A stretch of 64,000 nt of DNA from contig CAXHJY010001441.1 in NCBI GenBank assembly GCA_964016885.1, forward strand, positions 186,001 to 250,000, read 5' to 3'. The translations under genes and the position numbers were made by a program. Below, in pieces: positions 23,201 through 38,200 of this stretch. This DNA comes from Eledone cirrhosa. Taxonomy: Eukaryota. The notes beneath the pieces were generated by a model, which was given only the letters and a program-made list of their open reading frames with translations, did not search any database and had not been told where the DNA came from. Numbering within the stretch: the stretch's first letter is position 1; the number at the start of each line of letters is the position of its first letter.

Positions 23201-26200
23201 AACAAACTACCTGCATCAGTCGTTAGCTGTCGAGACACTGCATCCTTTAAAACCTCCATGGAACAAACTAACTGCATCAGTCGTTAGCTGTCGAGACACT
23301 GCATCCTTTAAAACCCCCATGGAACAAACTACCTGCATCAGTCGTTAGCTGTCGAGACACTGCATCCTTTAAAACCTCAATGGAACAAACTGCCTGCATC
23401 AGTTGTTAGCTGTCGAGACACTGGATCCTTTAAAACCTCCATGGAACAAACTACCTGCATCAGTTGTTAGCTGTCGAGACACTGCATCCTTTAAAACCTC
23501 AATGGAACAAACTACCTGCATCAGTTGTTAGCTGTCGAGACACTGGATCCTTTAAAACCTCCATGGAACAAACTACCTGCATCAGTTGTTAGCTGTCGAG
23601 ACACTGCATCCTTTAAAACCTCCATGGATCAAACTACCTGCATCAGTCGTTAGCTGTCGAGACACTGCATCCTTTAAAACCCCCATGGAACAAACTACCT
23701 GCATCAGTCGTTAGCTGTCGAGACACTGCATCCTTTGAAACCTCCATGGAGCAAACTACCTACATGAGTTGCTAGCTGTCGAGACACTGCATCATTTAAA
23801 ACCTCCATGAAACAAACTACCTGCATCAGTCGTTAGCTGTCGAGACACTGCATCCTTTAAAACCTCCATGCAACAAACTACCTGCATCAGTTGTTAGCTG
23901 TCGAGACACTGCATCCTTTAAAACCTCCATGGAACAAACTAACTGCATCAGTCGTTAGCTGTCGAGACACTGCATCCTTTAAAACCTCCATGGAGCAAAC
24001 TACATGCATCAGTCGTTAGCTGTCGAGACAGTGTATCCTTTAAAACCTCCATGAAACAAACTACCTACATCAGTTGTTAGCTGTCGAGACACTGCATCCT
24101 TTAAAACGTCCATGGAACAAACTACTTGCATCAGTCGTTAGCTATCGAGACACTGCATCCTTTAAAGCCTCCATGGAACAAACTACCTGCATCAGTTGTT
24201 AGCTGTCGAGACACTGCATCCTTTAAAACCTCCATGGAACAAACTACCTGCATCAGTTGTTAGCTGTCGAGACACTGCATCCTTTAAAACCTCCATGGAA
24301 CAAACTACCTGCATCAGTCGTTAGCTGTCGAGACACTGCATCCTTTAAAACCCCCATGGAACAAACTACCTGCATCAGTCGTTAGCTGTCGAGACACTGC
24401 ATCCTTTAAAACCTCCATGGAGCAAACTACCTACATCAGTTGTTAGCTGTCGAGACACTGCATCCTTTAAAACCTCCATGAAAACAAACTACCTGCATCA
24501 GTCGTTAGCTGTCGAGACACTGCATCCTTTAAAACCTCCATGGAGCAAACTACCTACATCAGTTGTTAGCTGTCGAGACACTGCATCGTTTAAAACCTCC
24601 ATGAAACAAACGACCTGCATCAGTTGTTAGCTGTCGAGACACTGCATCCTTTAAAACCTCAATGGAACAAACTGCCTGCATCAGTTGTTAGCTGTCGAGA
24701 CACTGGATCCTTTAAAACCTCCATGGAACAAACTACCTGCATCAGTTGTTAGCTGTCGAGACACTGCGTCCTTTAAAACCTCAATGGAACAAACTACCTG
24801 CATCAGTTGTTAGCTGTCGAGACACTGGATCCTTTAAAACCTCCATGGAACAAAGTACCTGCATCAGTTGTTAGCTGTCGAGACACTGCATCCTTTAAAA
24901 CCTCCATGGAACAAACTACCTGCATCAGTCGTTAGCTGTCGAGACACTGCATCCTTTAAAACCCCCATGGAACAAACTACCTGCATCAGTCGTTAGCTGT
25001 CGAGACACTGCATCCTTTGAAACCTCCATGGAGCCAACTACCTACATGAGTTGCTAGCTGTCGAGACACTGCATCCTTTAAAACCTCCATGAAACAAACT
25101 ACCTGCATCAGACGTTAGCTGTCGAGACACTGCATCGTTTAAAACCTCCATTAAACAAACTACCTACATCAGTTGTTAGCTGTCGAGACACTGCATCGTT
25201 TAAAACGTCCATGGAACAAACAACCTGCATCAGTCGTTAGCTATCGAGACCCTGCATCGTTTAAAACCTCCATGGAACAAACTACCTGCATCAGTCGTTA
25301 GCTGTCGAGACACTGCATCCTTTAAAACCTCCATGGAACAAACTACCTGCATCAGTTGTTAGCTGTCGAGACACTGCATCCTTTAAAACCTCAATGGAAC
25401 AAACTACCTGCATCAGTTGTTAGCTGTCGAGACACTGCATCCTTTAAAACCTCCATGGAACAAACTACCTGCATAAGTTGTTAGCTGTCGAGACACTGCA
25501 TCCTTTAAAACCTCCATGGAACAAACTACCTGCATCAGTCGTTAGCTGTCGAGACACTGCATCCTTTAAAACCCCCATGGAACAAACTACCTGAATCAGT
25601 CGTTAGCTGTCGAGACACTGCATCCTTTAAAACCTCCGTGGAACAAACTACCTGCATCAGTTGTTAGCTGTTGAGACACTGCATCCTTTAAAACCTCCAT
25701 GGAGCAAACTACCTACATGAGTTATTAGCTGTCGAGACACTGCATCCTTTAAAACCTCCATGAAAGAAACTACCTGCATCAGACGTTAGCTGTCGAGACA
25801 CTGCATCGTTTAAAACCTCCATGAAACAAACTACCTGCATCAGTTGTTAGCTGTCGAGACACTGCACCCTTTAAAACCTCCATGGAACAAACTATCTGCA
25901 TCAGTTGTTAGCTGTCGAAACACTGCATCCTTTAAAACCTCCATGGAGCAAACTACCTACATCAGTTGTTAGCTGTCGAGACACTGCATCGTTTAAAACC
26001 TCCATGAAACAAACTACCTGCATCAGTTGTTAGCTGTCGAGACACTGCATCCTTTAAAACCTCAATGGAACAAACTGCCTGCATCAGTTGTTAGCTGTCG
26101 AGACACTGCATCCTTTAAAACCTCAATGGAACAAACTACCTGCATCAGTTGTTAGCTGTCGAGACACTGGATCCTTAAAAACCTCCATGGAACAAACTAC

Positions 26201-29200
26201 CTGCATCAGTTGTTAGCTGTCGAGACACTCCATCCTTTAAAACCTCCATGGAACAAACTACCTGCATGAGTCGTTAGCTGTCGAGACACTGCATCCTTTA
26301 AAACCTCCATGGAGCAAACTACCTACATGAGTTGCTAGCTGTCGAGACACTGCATTCTTTAAAACCTCTATGAAACAAACTACCTGCATCAGTTGTTAGC
26401 TGTCGAAACAATGCATCCTTTAAAACCTCCATGGAACAAACTACCTGCATCAGACGTTAGCTGTCGAGACACTGCATCGTTTAAAACCTCCATGAAACAA
26501 ACTACCTGCATCAGTCGTTAGCTGTCGAGACACTGCATCCTTTAAAACCTCTATGAAACAAACTACCTGCATCAGTTGTTAGCTGTCGAGACACTGCATC
26601 CTTTAAAACCTCCATGGAACAAACTACCTGCATCAGTTGTTAGCTGTCGAGACACTGCATCCTTTAAAACCTCCATGGAACAAACTACCTGCATCAGTTG
26701 TTAGCTGTCGAGACACTGCATCCTTTAAAACCTCCATGGAACACACTACCTGCATCAGTTGTTAGCTGCCGAGGCACTGTATCCTATAAAACCTCCATGA
26801 AACAAACTACCTGCATCAGTTGTTAGCTGTCGAGACACTGCATCCTTTAAAACCTCCATGGAACAAACTACCTGCATCAGTTGTTAGCTGTCAAGACACT
26901 GCATCCTTTAAAACCTCCATGGAACAAACTAGCTGCATCAGTTGTTAGCTGTCGAGACACTGCATCCTTTAAAACCTCCATGCAGCAAACTACCTACATC
27001 AGTTGTTAGCTGTCGAGACACTGCATCGTTTAAAACCTCCATGAAACAAACTACCTGCATCAGTTGTTAGCTGTCGAGACACTGCATCCTTTAAAACCTC
27101 CATGGAACAAACTACCTGCATCAGTCGTTAGCTGTCGAGACACTGCATCCTTTAAAACCCCCATGGAACAAACTACCTGCATCAGTCGTTAGCTGTCGAG
27201 ACACTGCATCCTTTAAAACATCCATGGAGCAAACTACCTACATCAGTTGTTAGCTGTCGAGACACTGCATCCTTTAAAACCTCCATGAAAACAAACTACC
27301 TGCATCAGTCGTTAGCTGTCGAGACACTGCATCCTTTAAAACCTCCATGGAGCAAACTACCTACATCAGTTGTTAGCTGTCGAGACACTGCATCGTTTAA
27401 AACCTCCATGAAACAAACGACCTGCATCAGTTGTTAGCTGTCGAGACACTGCATCCTTTAAAACCTCAATGGAACAAACTGCCTGCATCAGTTGTTAGCT
27501 GTCGAGACACTGGATCCTTTAAAACCTCCATGGAACAAACTACCTGCATCAGTTGTTAGCTGTCGAGACACTGCATCCTTTAAAACCTCAATGGAACAAA
27601 CTACCTGCATCAGTTGTTAGCTGTCGAGACACTGCATCCTTTAAAACCTCCATGGAACAAACTACCTGCATCAGTTGTTAGCTGTCGAGACACTGCATCC
27701 TTTAAAACCTCCATGGAACAAACTACCTGCATCAGTCGTTAGCTGTCGAGACACTGCATCCTTTAAAAGCCCCATGGAACAAACTACCTGCATCAGTCGT
27801 TAGCTGTCGAGACACTGCATCCTTTGAAACCTCCATGGAGCCAACTACCTACATGAGTTGCTAGCTGTCGAGACACTGCATCCTTTAAAACCTCCATGAA
27901 ACAAACTACCTGCATCAGACGTTAGCTGTCGAGACACTGCATCCTTTAAAACCTCCATGAAACAAACTACCTGCATCAGACGATAGCTGTCGAGACACTG
28001 CATCGTTTAAAACCTCCATGAAACAAACTACCTGCATCAGACGTTAGCTGTCGAGACACTGCATCCTTTAAAACCTCCATGAAACAAACTACCTACATCA
28101 GTTGTTAGCTGTCGAGACACTGCATCCTTTGAAACCTCCATGGAGCCAACTACCTACATGAGTTGCTAGCTGTCGAGACACTGCATCCTTTAAAACCTCC
28201 ATGAAACAAACTACCTGCATCAGACGTTAGCTGTCGAGACACTGCATCCTTTAAAACCTCCATGAAACAAACTACCTGCATCAGACGTTAGCTGTCGAGA
28301 CACTGCATCGTTTAAAACCTCCATGAAACAAACTACCTGCATCAGACGTTAGCTGTCGAGACACTGCATCCTTTAAAACCTCCATGAAACAAACTACCTA
28401 CATCAGTTGTTAGCTGTCGAGACACTGCATCGTTTAAATCCTCCATGAAAACAAACTACCTGCATCAGTCGTTAGCTGTCGAGACACTGCATCCTTTAAA
28501 ACCTCCATGGAGCAAACTACCTACATCAGTTGTTAGCTGTCGAGACACTGCATCGTTTAAAACCTCCATGAAACAAACGACCTGCATCAGTTGTTAGCTG
28601 TCGAGACACTGCATCCTTTAAAACCTCAATGGAACAAACTGCCTGCATCAGTTGTTAGCTGTCGAGACACTGGATCATTTAAAACCTCCATGGAACAAAC
28701 TACCTGCATCAGTTGTTAGCTGTCGAGACACTGCATCCTTTAAAACCTCAATGGAACAAACTACCTGCATCAGTTGTTAGCTGTCGAGACACTGCATCCT
28801 TTAAAACCTCCATGGAACAAACTACCTGCATCAGTTGTTAGCTGTCGAGACACTGCATCGTTGAAAACCTCCATGAAACAAACTACCTGCATCAGTTGTT
28901 AGCTGTCGAGACACTGCATCCTTTAAAACCACCATGGAACAAACTACCTGCATCAGTCGTTAGCTGTCGAGACACTGCATCCTTTAAAACCCCCATGGAA
29001 CAAACTACCTGCATCAGTCGTTAGCTGTCGAGACACTGCATCCTTTAAAACCTCCATGGAGCAAACTACCTACATCAGTTGTTAGCTGTCGAGACACTGC
29101 ATCCTTTAAAACCTCCATGAAAACAAACTACCTGCATCAGTCGTTAGCTGTCGAGACACTGCATCCTTTAAAACCTCCATGGAGCAAACTACCTACATCA

Positions 29201-32200
29201 GTTGTTAGCTGTCGAGACACTGCAGCGTTTAAAACCTCCATGAAACAAACGACCTGCATCAGTTGTTAGCTGTCGAGACACTGCATCCTTTAAAACCTCA
29301 ATGGAACAAACTGCCTGCATCAGTTGTTAGCTGTCGAGACACTGGATCCTTTAAAACCTCCATGGAACAAACTACCTGCATCAGTTGTTAGCTGTCGAGA
29401 CACTGCATCCTTTAAAACCTCAATGGAACAAACTACCTGCATCAGTTGTTAGCTGTCGAGACACTGCATCCTTTAAAACCTCCATGGAACAAACTACCTG
29501 CATCAGTTGTTAGCTGTCGAGACACTGCATCCTTTAAAACCTCCATGGAACAAACTACCTGCATCAGTCGTTAGCTGTCGAGACACTGCATCCTTTAAAA
29601 GCCCCATGGAACAAACTACCTGCATCAGTCGTTAGCTGTCGAGACACTGCATCCTTTGAAACCTCCATGGAGCCAACTACCTACATGAGTTGCTAGCTGT
29701 CGAGACACTGCATCCTTTAAAACCTCCATGAAACAAACTACCTGCATCAGACGTTAGCTGTCGAGACACTGCATCCTTTAAAACCTCCATGAAACAAACT
29801 ACCTGCATCAGACGATAGCTGTCGAGACACTGCATCGTTTAAAACCTCCATGAAACAAACTACCTGCATCAGACGTTAGCTGTCGAGACACTGCATCCTT
29901 TAAAACCTCCATGAAACAAACTACCTACATCAGTTGTTAGCTGTCGAGACACTGCATCCTTTGAAACCTCCATGGAGCCAACTACCTACATGAGTTGCTA
30001 GCTGTCGAGACACTGCATCCTTTAAAACCTCCATGAAACAAACTACCTGCATCAGACGTTAGCTGTCGAGACACTGCATCCTTTAAAACCTCCATGAAAC
30101 AAACTACCTGCATCAGACGTTAGCTGTCGAGACACTGCATCGTTTAAAACCTCCATGAAACAAACTACCTGCATCAGACGTTAGCTGTCGAGACACTGCA
30201 TCCTTTAAAACCTCCATGAAACAAACTACCTACATCAGTTGTTAGCTGTCGAGACACTGCATCGTTTAAATCCTCCATGAAAACAAACTACCTGCATCAG
30301 TCGTTAGCTGTCGAGACACTGCATCCTTTAAAACCTCCATGGAGCAAACTACCTACATCAGTTGTTAGCTGTCGAGACACTGCATCGTTTAAAACCTCCA
30401 TGAAACAAACGACCTGCATCAGTTGTTAGCTGTCGAGACACTGCATCCTTTAAAACCTCAATGGAACAAACTGCCTGCATCAGTTGTTAGCTGTCGAGAC
30501 ACTGGATCATTTAAAACCTCCATGGAACAAACTACCTGCATCAGTTGTTAGCTGTCGAGACACTGCATCCTTTAAAACCTCAATGGAACAAACTACCTGC
30601 ATCAGTTGTTAGCTGTCGAGACACTGCATCCTTTAAAACCTCCATGGAACAAACTACCTGCATCAGTTGTTAGCTGTCGAGACACTGCATCGTTTAAAAC
30701 CTCCATGAAACAAACTACCTGCATCAGTTGTTAGCTGTCGAGACACTGCATCCTTTAAAACCTCCATGGAACAAACTACCTGCATCAGTCGTTAGCTGTC
30801 GAGACACTGCATCCTTTAAAACCCCCATGGAACAAACTACCTGCATCAGTCGTTAGCTGTCGAGACACTGCATCCTTTAAAACCTCCATGGAGCAAACTA
30901 CCTACATCAGTTGTTAGCTGTCGAGACACTGCATCCTTTAAAACCTCCATGAAAACAAACTACCTGCATCAGTCGTTAGCTGTCGAGACACTGCATCCTT
31001 TAAAACCTCCATGGAGCAAACTACCTACATCAGTTGTTAGCTGTCGAGACACTGCAGCGTTTAAAACCTCCATGAAACAAACGACCTGCATCAGTTGTTA
31101 GCTGTCGAGACACTGCATCCTTTAAAACCTCAATGGAACAAACTGCCTGCATCAGTTGTTAGCTGTCGAGACACTGGATCCTTTAAAACCTCCATGGAAC
31201 AAACTACCTGCATCAGTTGTTAGCTGTCGAGACACTGCATCCTTTAAAACCTCAATGGAACAAACTACCTGCATCAGTTGTTAGCTGTCGAGACACTGCA
31301 TCCTTTAAAACCTCCATGGAACAAACTACCTGCATCAGTTGTTAGCTGTCGAGACACTGCATCCTTTAAAACCTCCATGGAACAAACTACCTGCATCAGT
31401 CGTTAGCTGTCGAGACACTGCATCCTTTAAAAGCCCCATGGAACAAACTACCTGCATCAGTCGTTAGCTGTCGAGACACTGCATCCTTTGAAACCTCCAT
31501 GGAGCCAACTACCTACATGAGTTGCTAGCTGTCGAGACACTGCATCCTTTAAAACCTCCATGAAACAAACTACCTGCATCAGACGTTAGCTGTCGAGACA
31601 CTGCATCCTTTAAAACCTCCATGAAACAAACTACCTGCATCAGACGTTAGCTGTCGAGACACTGCATCGTTTAAAACCTCCATGAAACAAACTACCTGCA
31701 TCAGACGTTAGCTGTCGAGACACTGCATCCTTTAAAACCTCCATGAAACAAACTACCTGCATCAGACGTTAGCTGTCGAGACACTGCATCCTTTGAAACC
31801 TCCATGGAGCCAACTACCTACATGAGTTGCTAGCTGTCGAGACACTGCATCCTTTAAAACCTCCATGAAACAAACTACCTGCATCAGACGTTAGCTGTCG
31901 AGACACTGCATCCTTTAAAACCTCCATGAAACAAACTACCTGCATCAGACGTTAGCTGTCGAGACACTGCATCGTTTAAAACCTCCATGAAACAAACTAC
32001 CTGCATCAGACGTTAGCTGTCGAGACACTGCATCCTTTAAAACCTCCATGAAACAAACTACCTACATCAGTTGTTAGCTGTCGAGACACTGCATCGTTTA
32101 AAACCTCCATGAAAACAAACTACCTGCATCAGTCGTTAGCTGTCGAGACACTGCATCCTTTAAAACCTCCATGGAGCAAACTACCTACATCAGTTGTTAG

Positions 32201-35200
32201 CTGTCGAGACACTGCATCGTTTAAAACCTCCATGAAACAAACGACCTGCATCAGTAGTTAGCTGTCGAGACACTGCATCCTTTAAAACCTCAATGGAACA
32301 AACTGCCTGCATCAGTTGTTAGCTGTCGAGACACTGGATCATTTAAAACCTCCATGGAACAAACTACCTGCATCAGTTGTTAGCTGTCGAGACACTGCAT
32401 CCTTTAAAACCTCAATGGAACAAACTACCTGCATCAGTTGTTAGCTGTCGAGGCACTGCATCCTTTAAAACCTCCATGGAACAAACTACCTGCATCAGTT
32501 GTTAGCTGTCGAGACACTGCATCCTTTAAAACCTCCATGGAACAAACTACCTGCATCAGTCGTTAGCTGTCGAGACACTGCATCCGTTAAAAGCCCCATG
32601 GAACAAACTACCTGCATCAGTCGTTAGCTGTCGAGACACTGCATCCTTTGAAACCTCCATGGAGCCAACTACCTACATGAGTTGCTAGCTGTCGAGACAC
32701 TGCATCCTTTAAAACCTCCATGAAACAAACTACCTGCATCAGACGTTAGCTGTCGAGACACTGCATCCTTTAAAACCTCCATGAAACAAACTACCTGCAT
32801 CAGACGTTAGCTGTCGAGACACTGCATCGTTTAAAACCTCCATGAAACAAACTACCTGCATCAGACGTTAGCTGTCGAGACACTGCATCCTTTAAAACCT
32901 CCATGAAACAAACTACCTACATCAGTTGTTAGCTGTCGAGACACTGCATCCTTTGAAACCTCCATGGAGCCAACTACCTACATGAGTTGCTAGCTGTCGA
33001 GACACTGCATCCTTTAAAACCTCCATGAAACAAACTACCTGCATCAGACGTTAGCTGTCGAGACACTGCATCCTTTAAAACCTCCATGAAACAAACTACC
33101 TGCATCAGACGTTAGCTGTCGAGACACTGCATCGTTTAAAACCTCCATGAAACAAACTACCTGCATCAGACGTTAGCTGTCGAGACACTGCATCCTTTAA
33201 AACCTCCATGAAACAAACTACCTACATCAGTTGTTAGCTGTCGAGACACTGCATCGTTTAAAACCTCCATGAAACAAACTACCTACATCAGTTGTTAGCT
33301 GTCGAGACACTGCATCGTTTAAAACCTCCATGGAACAAACTACCTGCATCAGTTGTTAGATGTCGAGACACTGCATTCTTTTATACCGCCATGAAACAAA
33401 CTACCTGCATCAGTTGTTAGCTGTCGAAACACTGCATCCTTTAAAACATCCATGGAACAAACTACCTGCATCAGTTGTTAGCTGCCGAGACACTGGATCC
33501 TTTAAAACCTCCATGGAACAAACTACCTGCATCAGTTGTTAACTGTCGAGACACTGCATCCTTTACAACTTCTATGGAACAAACTACCTGCATCAGTTGT
33601 TAGCTGTCGAGACACTGCATTCTTTTATACCGCCATGAAACAAACTACCTGCATCAGTTGTTAGCTGTCGAAACACTGCATCCTTTAAAACATCCATGGA
33701 ACAAACTACCTGCATCAGTTGTTAGCTGTCGAGACACTGCATCCTTTAAAACCTCCATGGAACAAACTACCTGCAACAGTTGTTAGCTGCCGAGACACTG
33801 TATCCTTTAAAACCTCCATGGAACAAACTACCTGCGTCAGTTGTTAGCTGTCGAGACACTGCATTCTTTAAAAACTCCATGGGACAAACTCCCTTCATCA
33901 GTTTTTAGCTGTCGAAACACTGCATCCTTTAAAACATCCATGGGACAAACTACCTGCATCAGTTGTTAGCTGTCGAGACACTGGATCCTTTAAAACCTCC
34001 ATGGAACAAACTACCTGCATCAGTTGTTAGCTGTCGAGACACTGCATCCTTTAAAACCTCCATGGAACAAACTCCCTTCATCAGTTTTTAGCTGTCGAAA
34101 CACTGCATCCTTTAAAACATCCATGGGACAAACTACCTGCATCAGTTGTTAGCTGTCGAGACACTGGATCCTTTAAAACCTCCATGGAACAAACTACCTG
34201 CATCAGTTGTTAGCTGTCGAGACACTGCATCCTTTAAAACCTCCATGGAACAAACTACCTGCATCAGTTGTTAGCTGTCGAGACACTGCATCCTTTAAAA
34301 CCTCCATGGAACAAACTAGCTGCATCAGTTGTTAGCTGTCGAGACACTGCATCCTTTAAAACCTCCATGGAACAAACTACCTGCATCAGTTGTTAGCTGT
34401 CGAAAAACTGTATCCTTTAAAACCTCCATGGAACAAACTACCTGCATCAGTTGTTAGCTGTCGAGACACTGCATCCTTTAAAACCTCCATGGAACAAACT
34501 AGCTGCATCAGTTGTTAGCTGTCGAGACACTGCATCCTTTAAAACCTCCATGGATCAAACTACCTGCATCAGTTGTTAGCTGTCGAGACACTGCATCCTT
34601 TAAAACCTCAATGGAACAAACTACCTGCATCAGTTGTTAGCTGTCGAGACACTGCATCCTTTAAAACCTCCATGAAACAAACTACCTGCATCAGTTGTTA
34701 GCTGTCGAGATACTGCATCGTTTAAAACCTCCATGAAACAAACTACCTGCATCAGATGTTAGCTGTCGAGACACTGCATCCTTTAAAACCTCCATGGGAC
34801 AAACTACCTGCATCAGTTGTTAGCTGTCGAGACACTGCATCCTTTAAAACCTCCATGGAACAAACTAGCTGCATCAGTTGTTAGCTGTCGAGACACTGCA
34901 TCCTTTAAAACCTCCATGGAACAAACTACCTGCATCATTTGTTAGCTGTCAGGACACTGCATCCTTTAAAACCTCCATGAAACAAACCGAACTGCATCAG
35001 TTGTTAGCTGTATAGACACTGCATCCTTTAAAACCTCCATGGGACAAACTACCTGCATCATTTGTTAGCTGTTCAGACGCTGCATCCTTTAAAACTTCCA
35101 TGGAACAAACTACCAGCATCAGTTGTTAGCTGTCGAGACACTGCATCCTTTAAAACCTCCATGTGACAAACTACCTGCATCAGTTGTTAGCTGTCAAGAC

Positions 35201-38200
35201 ACTGCATCCTTTAAAACCTCCATGGAACAAACTACCTGCATCATTTGTTAGCTGTCGAGACACTGCATCCTTTAAAACCTCCATGGAACAAACTAGCTGC
35301 ATCAGTTGTTAGCTGTCGAGACACTGCATCCTTTAAAACCTCCATGGAACAAACTACCTGCATCAGTTGTTAGCTGTCGAGACACTGCATTCTTTCAAAC
35401 CTCCATGAAACAAACTACCTGCATCAGTTGTTAGCTGTCGAAACACTGCATCCTTTAAAACCTTAATAGAACAAACTACCTGCATCAGTTGTTAGATGTA
35501 TAGACACTGCATTCTTTTAAACCTCCATGGAACAAACTACCTGCATCAGTCGTTAGCTGTCGAAACACTGCATCCTTTAAAACATCCATGGGACAAACTA
35601 CCTGCATCAGTTATTAGCTGTCGAGACACTGGATCCTTTAAAACCTCCATGGAACAAACTACCTGCATCAGTTGTTAGCTGTCGAGACAGTGTATCCTTT
35701 AAAACCTCCATGGAACAAACTAGCTGCATCAGTTGTTAGCTGTCGAGACACTGCATCCTTTAAAACCTCCATGGAACAAACTACCTGCATCAGTTGTTAG
35801 CTGTATAGACACTGCATCCTTTAAAAACTCCATGGAACAAGCTACCTGCATCAGTTGTTAGCTGTCGAGACAGTGTATCCTTTAAAACCTCCATGGAACA
35901 AACTACCTGCATCAGTTGTTAGCTGTCGAGACACTGCATTCTTTCAAACCTCCATGGAACAAACTACCTGCATCAGTTGTTAGCTGTATAGACACTGCAT
36001 CCTTTAAAAACTCCATGGAACAAGCTACCTGCATCAGTTGTTAGCTGTCGAGTCACTGCATCCTTTAAAACCTCCATGGAACAAACTACCTGCATCAGTT
36101 GTTAGCTGTCGAAACACTGGATCCTTTAAAACCTCCATGGAACAAACTACCTGCATCAGTTGTTAGCTGTCGAGACACTGGATCCTTTAAAACCTCCATG
36201 GAACAAACTACCTGCATCAGTTGTTAGATGTCGAGACACTGCATCCATTAAAACCTCCATGGAACAAACTACCTGCATCACTTGTTAGCTGTCGAGACAC
36301 TGGATCCTTTAAAACCTCCATGGAACAAACTACCTGCATCAGTTGTTAACTGTCGAGACACTGCATCCTTTAAAACCTCCATGGAACAAACTACCTGCAT
36401 CACTTGTTAGCTGTCGAAACACTGCATCCTTTAAAACATCCATGGAACAAACTACCTGCATCACTTGTTAGCTGTCGAAACACTGCATCCTTTAAAACCT
36501 CCATGGAACAAACTACCTGCATCAGTTGTTAGCTGTCGAGACACTGCATCCTTTAAAACCTCCATGGAACAAACTAGCTGCATCAGTTGTTAGCTGTCGA
36601 GACACTGCATCCTTTAAAACCTCCATGGAACAAACTACCTGCATCAGTTGTTAGCTGTCGAGACACTGCATTCTTTCAAACCTCCATGAAACAAACTACC
36701 TGCATCAGTTGTTAGCTGTCGAAACACTGCATCCTTTAAAACCTCAATGGAACAAACTACCTGCATCAGTTGTTAGCTGTCGAGACACTGCATCCTTTAA
36801 AACATCCATGGAACAAACTACCTGCATCAGTTGTTAGCTGTCGAAACACTGCATCCTTTAAAACCTCAATGGAACAAACTACCTGCATCAGTTGTTAGCT
36901 GTCGAGACACTGCATCCTTTAAAACCTCCATGGAACAAACTAGCTGCATCAGTTGTTAGCTGTCGAAACACTGCATCATTTAAAACCTCCATGAAACAAA
37001 CTACCTGCATCAGTTGTTAGCTGTCGAGATACTGCATCCTTTAAAACCTCCATGGAACAAACTAGCTGCATCAGTTGTTAGCTGTCGAAACACTGCATCA
37101 TTTAGAACCTCCATGGAACAAGCTACCTGCATCAGTTGTTAGATGTATAGACACTGCATTCTTTTAAACCTCCATGGAACAAACTACCTGCATCAGTCGT
37201 TAGCTGTCGAAACACTGCATCCTTTAAAACATCCATGGGACAAACTACCTGCATCAGTTATTAGCTGTCGAGACACTGGATCCTTTAAAACCTCCATGGA
37301 ACAAACTACCTGCATCAGTTGTTAGCTGTCGAGACAGTGTATCCTTTAAAACCTCCATGGAACAAACTAGCTGCATCAGTTGTTAGCTGTCGAGACACTG
37401 CATCCTTTAAAACCTCCATGGAACAAACTACCTGCATCAGTTGTTAGCTGTCGAGACACTGCATTCTTTCAAACCTCCATGGAACAAACTACCTGCATCA
37501 GTTGTTAGCTGTATAGAGACTGCATCCTTTAAAAACTCCATGGAACAAGCTACCTGCATCAGTTGTTAGCTGTCGAGTCACTGCATCCTTTAAAACCTCC
37601 ATGGAACAAACTACCTGCATCAGTTGTTAGCTGTCGAAACACTGGATCCTTTAAAACCTCCATGGAACAAACTACCTGCATCAGTTGTTAGCTGTCGAGA
37701 CACTGGATCCTTTAAAACCTCCATGGAACAAACTACCTGCATCAGTTGTTAGATGTCGAGACACTGCATCCATTAAAACCTCCATGGAACAAACTACCTG
37801 CATCACTTGTTAGCTGTCGAGACACTGGATCCTTTAAAACCTCCATGGAACAAACTACCTGCATCAGTTGTTAACTGTCGAGACACTGCATCCTTTAAAA
37901 CCTCCATGGAACAAACTACCTACATCACTTGTTAGCTGTCGAAACACTGCATCCTTTAAAACCTCCATGGAACAAACTACCTGCATCACTTGTTAGCTGT
38001 CGAAACACTGCATCCTTTAAAACCTCCATGGAACAAACTACCTGCATCAGTTGTTAGCTGTCGAGACACTGCATCCTTTAAAACCTCCATGTAACAAACT
38101 AGCTGCATCAGTTGTTAGCTGTCGAGACACTGCATCCTTTAAAACCTCCATGGAACAAACTACCTGCATCAGTTGTTAGCTGTCGAGACACTGCATTCTT

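Noticed and set aside
17072-37325. ORFs in the satellite (17072, 33360, 35496, 37143) as a repeat-protein gene
   Set aside because: The period of 61 is not a multiple of 3, so reading frames rotate and hit a stop within about three monomers. These ORFs arise from chance start-codon variants.
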